A program made the translations under genes and the position numbers. The notes under the pieces are model-generated. The model was not told the DNA's origin and made no database searches. It was given only the letters and a program-made list of their open reading frames with translations. This document shows, piece after piece, positions 46,501 to 51,866 of a stretch of 54,010 nt of DNA. Source of the DNA: a virus. Lineage: Duplodnaviria; Caudoviricetes. The DNA is taken from the IMG/VR virus record IMGVR_UViG_3300028146_000003, positions 1-54,010 of that record. The stretch is one strand, 5' to 3'. Every line of letters starts with the position of its first letter. Position 1 is the stretch's first letter.

Positions 46501-47513
46501 CCGAGCACGCCGCCCCTGCCGAGCGCTTCCGGCACCGCAAGCCCGTTGATGACATTGCCGCGCGTGTTCGAAGCTGCGTTGCGCGACGGGCTGCCGTTCG
46601 TGATGTGATCGCCGTACGCGGTAGTCCAGCGCCCGGCGTACGTCGCCGCCTCGTCCTTCGGCATCGGCTGGTATGTGTTGCGATCTTCAAGCTGCTGCCC
46701 GGTGGTGTTGATGGCGATACGCGCGTTGCGCAACGCCAGCCCTTCGGCTGCCTTCGTGCTGTTGAACGCTTCGAATGACGGCGGGATCTTCATCCCCATG
46801 CCCTCAAGATCAGTTAGCGTGCCGTCCTGGCGAAGCTGCCGCAACTTGGCTTGGTACTGGCCTTCGTTCGTCATGCCGGCGAGGCTGTCGAAAGCCAGTT
46901 GCGCGTTATTCAGATGGCCGGCGACGGTCGCGTAAACCTGCGGCGCGATGGCAGCCGCGTGATCGGGCGCCACGGCTTGCAGACCTTGGAACGCGCGCAT
47001 ATCGCCCTTGAGCGCCTTGGCTTGCGCTACTTGAATCCGATCGTCCTGCGTTGCTTGGTCCGGTGCTTCGTCGGGCGTCAAACCCATCGATTGCGCTTGA
47101 GCGCGCCCGGCCTGCACTTGGGCCTTCTGTTGTGCAATCGTACGCAATTGCTCCGTTGCCTTCGGCACGAAGTCGCGCGCTGCCTGTACGCTCTCAGGCG
47201 CAAAGAGCTGCGCCAGCGGATTGGTGGCTATCTTGCTCGCACGGTCAATGCGCTGCTGTAGCAGGCTTGCCGACTGATCGAGCGCATCCGACCCCGGATC
47301 TGGCGGTGCGTAATGCGCCCCAGGCAGCATCTTGGCGAGCGAACTACCGAACTGCTGGAGCGGGTTTTGGTCGGGCTGCGGCGTCGGTAACCCGCGCGAT
47401 GGCAGCGTGCCGCTGTTGTCGAGTGCCGGGGCGCTGTTATCCGGCATGGCGTTGACGGCTTGCGCCGAGATATCAAGTGGCGCCGCCAATCCGCTGCCGA
47501 AATCGTCTGCCAT
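43506..47513 (-). CDS. Large internal virion/ejection protein with a lysozyme-like (lytic transglycosylase) domain
   Basis: About 1335 aa, Ala/Gln-rich; IESG...SSASGAFQAIKGTW...LYVAHNLG; Gly/Ala hydrophobic stretch. Confidence 0.8.
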   Translation of the reverse strand: MADDFGSGLAAPLDISAQAVNAMPDNSAPALDNSGTLPSRGLPTPQPDQNPLQQFGSSLAKMLPGAHYAPPDPGSDALDQSASLLQQRIDRASKIATNPLAQLFAPESVQAARDFVPKATEQLRTIAQQKAQVQAGRAQAQSMGLTPDEAPDQATQDDRIQVAQAKALKGDMRAFQGLQAVAPDHAAAIAPQVYATVAGHLNNAQLAFDSLAGMTNEGQYQAKLRQLRQDGTLTDLEGMGMKIPPSFEAFNSTKAAEGLALRNARIAINTTGQQLEDRNTYQPMPKDEAATYAGRWTTAYGDHITNGSPSRNAASNTRGNVINGLAVPEALGRGGVLGNAEQRTQIGKDFATAVPEKDLEKYRNFNRTYALATQDAKGNAIPSGGAVDPKTGRKTFINDNPNVQQGIAEGLASMLRGGTGGATAGLLNIESDKRGAVQSVFDKIQTAYAGAMNTLTGEQVRPYLTQLTEQQQRQVLDGLKGYTGSSITDRSLAVARRAGALGFGPDALGLGKDEAGDSVNAAIEEGRQAQIARMRPNFQAIGGGDGVLQLGAQRPGASAIGMPPGSQPYNQLPGAQPLLTPVQQAGQGGGAPQPGGDASPAPPSSPPSVGGGAGTPPSAAPQPVTVAGQQVNVALPPGASPAYVASLQRIESGNERNPWTSGTPNSSASGAFQAIKGTWDQYKPPGAPARAADATPQQQADFLSNFTARNATALATAGLPVNDTSLYVAHNLGAAGGAKLMQADPNADARSIVGEAAARNNPMFFKGKPTVATVLQRYADAVGAGAPQPAAPASPAETAYLTPKQRESLARRGIDTSAPGPTPEEQAAQWPQTKQGLAGIAPAALGTVGALAGGAAGGPAGAVAGGAAGSGAGQALKDYVQGNPQSPAKIAEQAALGGVLGVASEARPLLAAAGRVVGSGAIEAGAKAVEGGSGPDVIDAGVKGAAEAAGGEAFGRALGMVGHKVFSLFSPDAKAGVQAAAKTYADSAKVLETESPKIPGAAGAAATDNPKYVAAEAAKDKAEKTLKDAGLNPEEAAYAHRVSSEGVPLQEAQVSKPGALEQRDIGQGYQQLKAEVGAKGVGAVKAAPKLADGPMAAVASKQVSAAHAELAERTEMAITAPAANWQEKWQQLQDARSNLLQAERDALSSTEAGKTQTAKDMRTLADTVRTQQAKAADYVFGAKQGPQVMQRLNALDVRYRRLMDATNGGDLVQAAGLKGAAGREADQKFKAFAAGDPTAIAAWNAMRNAVNNSPNYEKGIYNIMAVEKTPYLGKMVSYVRMIGSFNRWMQERAAGSPAKFSDILSGLPSGGGQTARNVGGTIGQRAAVQGVGASP

Positions 47514-47570
47514 TTTGCCGTGCTCCGCTTTGAGTTGCGGAAGGATAGCACGGCTACGGCCGGCTGTCAC

Positions 47571-47957
47571 TTAGCCGTAAGCCGCATTCTTAGGACGCCG
47601 CATCATCTTGAAATGCTCGCCACAATACGAACTGTCGTCCAGCTTCGTGTGGGCGCAGAACACGTACGGCGAGCCTTCGCCAACTGGCCAGCGACAGTGA
47701 TGCGGCTGCAGGTCAAACAGCGACACGAGGCCATCCGATTCGGGCTTCTGTACGGGCTGCGGAGCCGGTGGTGGACGAACCACACGCCCTAGCCGCTGAC
47801 GCTTCGCGGGCTGCCCTTGCTTCGCTAGCCCGAGACGATCCGCCCTTCCGATGGCAGCCCTGCCGGTCACACCTAACGCCGCAGCAATCTGGCTGAAGGT
47901 AAGCCCGGCTTCACGCATCGTACGGAGTTGCGCATCGCGTTTGTCCGTCCACTTCAT
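47571..47957 (-). CDS. gcrA: GcrA cell-cycle regulator homologue
   Basis: WTDKR...L......GLTFSQIAAALG..RAAIGRADRLGL N-domain; LFDL...CRWPVG...FC...YCGEH C-domain; AGGAG RBS. Confidence 0.9.
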   Translation of the reverse strand: MKWTDKRDAQLRTMREAGLTFSQIAAALGVTGRAAIGRADRLGLAKQGQPAKRQRLGRVVRPPPAPQPVQKPESDGLVSLFDLQPHHCRWPVGEGSPYVFCAHTKLDDSSYCGEHFKMMRRPKNAAYG

Positions 47958-47974
47958 GTCACGTTGCTCCTAGC

Positions 47975-48118
47975 TTATAGCGTAGCCCACGCGACTACCA
48001 CCGTGATGGTCGCGACAACACCAAAAATAATCGCGTACTCGATCAAGCAACGCGGGCAGAAGAGCGGAGATTCCCAAATTCGATGCGGCGGCATGATTCG
48101 GTGTTTTGGTAGTTTCAT
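47975..48118 (-). CDS. Small protein with CxxC and a C-terminal TM segment
   Basis: MKLPKHR...FCPRC...IIFGVVATITVVVAW; ATGA coupling. Confidence 0.5.
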   Translation of the reverse strand: MKLPKHRIMPPHRIWESPLFCPRCLIEYAIIFGVVATITVVVAWATL

Positions 48119-48312
48119 GGCTTGCTCCACTGCATCCACGACGTACCCACGACGCTGTAAAAGAATTTCTGCTCGCGATCGTGGCGCGGCCCCCACACGA
48201 CACGGACACCGCTGGACGTGGTTTCGACGATCTCGCCTTCGTTCAAGCCGCCGATTGCCGGGTTGCTGATCTTATCGCCGACCTTCAGGGCGCCGAATTC
48301 TTTGATGTTCAT
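48115..48312 (-). CDS. Small SH3/KOW-like protein
   Basis: LKVGDKI...GEIVE...VRVVW; ATGA coupling. Confidence 0.6.
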   Translation of the reverse strand: MNIKEFGALKVGDKISNPAIGGLNEGEIVETTSSGVRVVWGPRHDREQKFFYSVVGTSWMQWSKP

Positions 48313-48380
48313 GACAGCCACCATACAATCACGACGCACCAAGTAACGAACGCTATTGCCATCCACTGAATCACGTTCAT
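48309..48380 (-). CDS. 23-aa hydrophobic peptide (not in ORF track)
   Basis: MNVIQWMAIAFVTWCVVIVWWLS; ATGA-coupled on both sides. Confidence 0.45.
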   Translation of the reverse strand: MNVIQWMAIAFVTWCVVIVWWLS

Positions 48381-48526
48381 AGCTCATCTCCAAGCAAATC
48401 GAGAATGCCGAGCAACGCAGCCCGCAACTGCCCGATCGTGATCGGCCCGTCCTTGTTTTTCAAACGCTGCCGCAGCCGCTCGATCTTTGCGCTAATTGAG
48501 CGGCTGCGTTCGTTATCCATGTTCAT
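48377..48526 (-). CDS. Small hypothetical protein
   Basis: Overlaps its neighbours; amphipathic helices. Confidence 0.55.
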   Translation of the reverse strand: MNMDNERSRSISAKIERLRQRLKNKDGPITIGQLRAALLGILDLLGDEL

Positions 48527-48701
48527 TGGTTCCACCCAACAATTTGTCGATAGCGTCACTCAACTCTTTTTCGGCTTCGTAAATCTGGCCGAAGTAATAC
48601 ACATCATCGCGGTTTTCGGAAGCCCTGATTTTTTCATCAATGTATCCCTTGAGGGCTTCCAAAAACTTTTCCCGCGCCTCTGCTTTCTCGTTGCTCGCCA
48701 T
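48513..48701 (-). CDS. Small hypothetical protein
   Basis: MASNEKAEAREKFLEALK...; TGATG coupling. Confidence 0.65.
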   Translation of the reverse strand: MASNEKAEAREKFLEALKGYIDEKIRASENRDDVYYFGQIYEAEKELSDAIDKLLGGTNEHG

Positions 48702-48995
48702 CAGTACACCACACGCTTGCCGGCTTCCGGCTTGAAGCTCGCCACCGCGACAAACGACTTGCCGGCATCGCCGAGCTTTTCCATTTGCGCGGGCGACAAC
48801 AATTCGCGCTTGAACGCCTTGTCGCCAATGGTCTCTTGCGCGAGCTGCGCAGCGGTCTCGGGATCGGACCACTTGCGGTGCGTAATGGCATCCTTGACGA
48901 CAACTCCGGGAATCAGTTCGCCATTGCCGATCGCACGCGCCCGCGCGCTGCAGTGCATCGTATGCGGTGATAATTTCGGGAAGGTTGGATGTCAT
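48701..48995 (-). pseudogene. Frameshifted stand-alone paralogue of the DUF2800 C-terminal domain
   Basis: The ATG at 48995 (after a cassette RBS) reads MTSNLPEIITAYDALQRA. The homologous part (RKWSDPETAA...LSPAQMEKL...VAV..KPEA) lies in another frame, shifted within a CG-repeat at about 48935-48950. Confidence 0.6.
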
Positions 48996-49052
48996 GTCGC
49001 TCTCCAGCGGTTTCGATGGTTGGAATGTACGGAAGGGATTGGGGGCTGTCAA
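48996..49052 (-). promoter_or_regulatory. Expression cassette A (promoter, repeated leader and RBS)
   Basis: TTGACA-N17-TACATT, then CATCGAAACCGCTGGAGAGCGA before the ATG. Confidence 0.8.
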
Positions 49053-49234
49053 GACGCCTTGACGATGATGTTGCAGGGAAAGCCAGCAGCCTTGGCTTCG
49101 GCCAGCGCCGCGTGGCACGCTTCGATCGTCGGATACGACTTGAAATACTGCCCATTGCCAAATCGAAGGGCGCGGCCCTCGTCAATCGCCTTGTTCCAGG
49201 CTTCCTTGCGGGCTTTGGCTTCTTTCTTGGTCAT
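49049..49234 (-). CDS. Small hypothetical protein
   Basis: Driven by cassette B; its TGA stop lies inside the TTGACA of cassette A. Confidence 0.7.
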   Translation of the reverse strand: MTKKEAKARKEAWNKAIDEGRALRFGNGQYFKSYPTIEACHAALAEAKAAGFPCNIIVKAS

Positions 49235-49291
49235 GTTCGCTCTCCAGCGGTTTCGATGTACGTACCCTACCACGCCCCAAAACCATGTCAA
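49235..49291 (-). promoter_or_regulatory. Expression cassette B
   Basis: TTGACA-N16-TAGGGT, then CATCGAAACCGCTGGAGAGCGA (22 bp identical to cassette A). Confidence 0.78.
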
Positions 49292-49305
49292 CACCTAATT
49301 TGAAA

Positions 49306-49752
49306 TTATTTTCGTTTTTCCATCCGCCGTCCGTACAGCCAGCTTGTTTCGGTATCCATACCGAGCAGCCAGGCCAGCTTGCCCAACTCGTAGCCCTCAC
49401 AAACGGCATCCCAATGGGCCACAGCGGCCCGCCCATTGACCGGAGACGCAACGATGGCAATCCGCAAGGCTGACGCAGCCGGTTCATCAGCAGCCGCCAG
49501 AACGCGTTGCTTGCGCTTCGTGCGTTCGAAGTCCGTGCGCCGCAGCCGTCCGATCGTTACGAGATCGTCAACCACGCTGGCGAGCAATCCGCCGCAAAGC
49601 TCCGCAAGCTCGATCGGCAGCCCGGCTTGTCTGCAGGCTGTCGTCAATGTCGAACTTTTCATCCGTACAAGCCGGCCGATGCTATCCGTGTGATTCGCTA
49701 CCGTCTGTACAGCCGAGTATGGTAGCCGTGTGGGAGCCGGAAGGGTGTTCAT
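49306..49752 (-). CDS. Hypothetical protein
   Basis: 148-aa helical ORF filling the interval. Confidence 0.5.
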   Translation of the reverse strand: MNTLPAPTRLPYSAVQTVANHTDSIGRLVRMKSSTLTTACRQAGLPIELAELCGGLLASVVDDLVTIGRLRRTDFERTKRKQRVLAAADEPAASALRIAIVASPVNGRAAVAHWDAVCEGYELGKLAWLLGMDTETSWLYGRRMEKRK

Positions 49753-50002
49753 CCATGCAAGATATGTTCTAGGGTGTGATTTGTCTAGGTCAACCCAACC
49801 TGCCTAGCCCCAGCTTCCGCGTCGGGGGCTAGGCCTTCTTGGGCCGCCCCCTCCCGGAGGGAGAATATGACTACAATTGGTTGTATATATGCGTCTCCTA
49901 GGACGTTTTGAGATGTCTTAAGACAACCCATTGACAGCCGGTCACGGACAGCCTATGAGTGCCAATTGCAGTATATGCGGCCACAACCAAAGGGAGAGCA
50001 AA

Positions 50003-50608
50003 ATGAGCTTTAGACGCGGAGCGCGTACTGGCGGGTTCCCTCAAAATGGCGAACTGACGGACGTACCCAGCCGGCACACGCGGGATGGCTGGACCGAAGT
50101 AGCGACACACACCAGCGTCGTGCTGCACGGCAAGCAATATCGGAACATGCGCGAATGGTGCCGACCGTGCGTCGTGTGCAAGTCGAATTTCTCCGCATTT
50201 GAGAGTTCCGGCCGTGCGGATGCCAATTCGCAATTCAGCAATAAGACGTGCCCGGCGCACCGAGGGCTGCTGCCCGCCCTAGAGCGCGGATTTATCGCGT
50301 GGAGCGACACGCTGAAAGGTATCGTACCGGGCGCCAGTTGCGTATCGACGGAAGTTCCGGCCGCGCCGAACGAAGAACTCGAAATCCTTCGTACGGCTAA
50401 CGTCACCATGAAAGAGGAACTTGAAGGGCTCTACATGCAGTTGCGGGAACTGCGCAGTCAGCCGGCACCCACTCCGGCTGCAAAGGCGCCGGAACCGTCG
50501 CGTACGTACAAACTACCACCGGAACCCTTGACCATGGCCGAATCCACAAAACGCATGCAAGACGCCCTCGCCAAAAATAATTCAAAAATGCCCTGGGAAG
50601 GGGGTTGA
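50003..50608 (+). CDS. Hypothetical protein with a CxxC...CxxH zinc finger and a coiled coil
   Basis: GGAGAG RBS; TTGACA at 49931; ends MPWEGG. Confidence 0.7.
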   Translation: MSFRRGARTGGFPQNGELTDVPSRHTRDGWTEVATHTSVVLHGKQYRNMREWCRPCVVCKSNFSAFESSGRADANSQFSNKTCPAHRGLLPALERGFIAWSDTLKGIVPGASCVSTEVPAAPNEELEILRTANVTMKEELEGLYMQLRELRSQPAPTPAAKAPEPSRTYKLPPEPLTMAESTKRMQDALAKNNSKMPWEGG

Positions 50609-50685
50609 CAGGGTACGGCGATGTGTGTACGTTCTGAACATCGAAACGCCGAACACTAGTTCGCAGAACCGCTGGAGAGCGCAAA
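50605..50685 (+). promoter_or_regulatory. Expression cassette C
   Basis: TTGACA-N17-TACGTT; CATCGAAAC, then AACCGCTGGAGAGCG before ATG 50686. Confidence 0.78.
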
Positions 50686-50907
50686 ATGGCTAAGTCCAGA
50701 CTTCCCGAAGGCTTCGAAAAGAACCCGCAAATCCGCACCAATCGCGGATACTGGGATGGTGTTGCCGCCCGCGAGCGAGGCTGCCGATACCCGGTCTGGG
50801 CGAAGTCATCGGTTGCGCGGTGCGCGCACCCCTTCGATCAGAAGTACGGCGAAGGCTTCTGGATCGGCTTTTACGATGAACCGGCGCCAAAAGGCGCTTT
50901 GGGGTGA
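50686..50907 (+). CDS. Small hypothetical protein
   Basis: Cassette RBS; GYWDG...HPFD..YGEGF. Confidence 0.7.
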   Translation: MAKSRLPEGFEKNPQIRTNRGYWDGVAARERGCRYPVWAKSSVARCAHPFDQKYGEGFWIGFYDEPAPKGALG

Positions 50908-50915
50908 GTAGGGGC

Positions 50916-50982
50916 TTGACAAGGCCAAGAAAACCACTATTGTACGTACAACATAATCACTCGAACCGCTGGAGAGCGAAAA
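50916..50982 (+). promoter_or_regulatory. Expression cassette D
   Basis: TTGACA-N16-TATTGT; TCGAACCGCTGGAGAGCGA before ATG 50983. Confidence 0.78.
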
Positions 50983-51159
50983 ATGATCAGCCGCATTAAA
51001 ACCGACAAGGAATTTGTACAGGAAGCCGCGCTAAAGCTGGCTTTCGCGACCAGCGACGAGCTGGATCAGGCTTGCAAAGATATGGTCGAGGCGCTTCAAT
51101 ACACGCAGTCAATCGAGTGGTGGAAACAGTTTGACGCGCATTCTGGGGAGAAAGTGTAA
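50983..51159 (+). CDS. 58-aa hypothetical protein (not in ORF track)
   Basis: MISRIKTDKEFVQEAALKL...; cassette RBS. Confidence 0.7.
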   Translation: MISRIKTDKEFVQEAALKLAFATSDELDQACKDMVEALQYTQSIEWWKQFDAHSGEKV

Positions 51160-51329
51160 TGACGAAGCCGAATAACGAAAGCAAAAAGCCGCCGTGCCTT
51201 GTGTTTGATCAGGGCTACAGTATTGATCGCGCCTATGCAGAGGCGGATCGCCATCTCACGGGCAGCGACGCTTGGCACTACTGGATGGACGAGGCGAAAC
51301 GGCTTGAAACTTTGGTGCGCGAGCCGTGA
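51159..51329 (+). CDS. 56-aa hypothetical protein (not in ORF track)
   Basis: TAATG coupling, GGAG RBS. Confidence 0.6.
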   Translation: MTKPNNESKKPPCLVFDQGYSIDRAYAEADRHLTGSDAWHYWMDEAKRLETLVREP

Positions 51330-51430
51330 CCGACCAAACCGCCGATATCGTGCTCGGCTTGGGACTGCTGGCCAGTGTCGCAGTCCTGATCGGGAGTTGG
51401 GTAGCCATCCTAGCTTTGGTGGCGCCGTGA
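51326..51430 (+). CDS. 34-aa single-TM peptide
   Basis: MTDQTADIVLGLGLLASVAVLIGSWVAILALVAP; GTGA coupling on both sides. Confidence 0.55.
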   Translation: MTDQTADIVLGLGLLASVAVLIGSWVAILALVAP

Positions 51431-51594
51431 CCCACCACCGCCACGGCGGCGCAATCGGCATCTTCGCGATTGTCGCCGCCATTGCGTTCGTCTTCGGTGA
51501 ACGTACAGCACGCGTCATCGTCGGCAGTGCGTTGCTGATCGGCGCCGCGTTCTTTGGGTATGTGTTATTCAGGGTGGTGAGCGGAACGATCTAA
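51427..51594 (+). CDS. 55-aa two-TM membrane protein
   Basis: Two hydrophobic helices separated by GERTAR; GTGA coupling. Confidence 0.6.
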   Translation: MTHHRHGGAIGIFAIVAAIAFVFGERTARVIVGSALLIGAAFFGYVLFRVVSGTI

Positions 51595-51595
51595 A

Positions 51596-51775
51596 ATGAA
51601 ATTCACAGTGCAAATAACTAAAACAATCACAACCCGCATTGAAGTCGAAGCGGAGCACAGCACCGAAGCGCGAGCCAAAGTCAGAGACTACGGCTTGACT
51701 GAGGCTGTTAGTGATTTTCCGGTGGTAAGCGAGACCGTGCGGGTTGCTCTCGGCTTCGCAGTACCAGAGATTTGA
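51596..51775 (+). CDS. 59-aa protein (DpnD/PcfM-like VEAE...EA motif)
   Basis: MKFTVQITKTITTRIEVEAEHSTEARAKV. Confidence 0.6.
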   Translation: MKFTVQITKTITTRIEVEAEHSTEARAKVRDYGLTEAVSDFPVVSETVRVALGFAVPEI

Positions 51776-51800
51776 CAAAACCGTGACGCGGGCCTAAAAA

Positions 51801-51835
51801 GAAAAACCCGGTGCAGGCTCGACATCTGCACCGGG
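51801..51835 (-). terminator. 10-bp hairpin with the U-tract on the minus strand, in the primase leader
   Basis: AAAAA-CCCGGTGCAG-N9-CTGCACCGGG. Confidence 0.6.
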
Positions 51836-51866
51836 CTAGAAATGCACTCACGAATTTGGCTCGCGA

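Noticed and set aside
9434-46778. Long antisense or alternate-frame ORFs (e.g. 9434-10291, 15392-16369, 15402-16289, 23201-24043, 45417-46778)
   Set aside because: They are shadows of well-supported genes in GC-rich DNA, Arg-rich, with no motifs or RBS.
48996-50982. Repeated 15-22 bp sequence as a mini-CRISPR array or att sites
   Set aside because: Copies are hundreds of bases apart, in both orientations, and each contains the SD just before a start codon.
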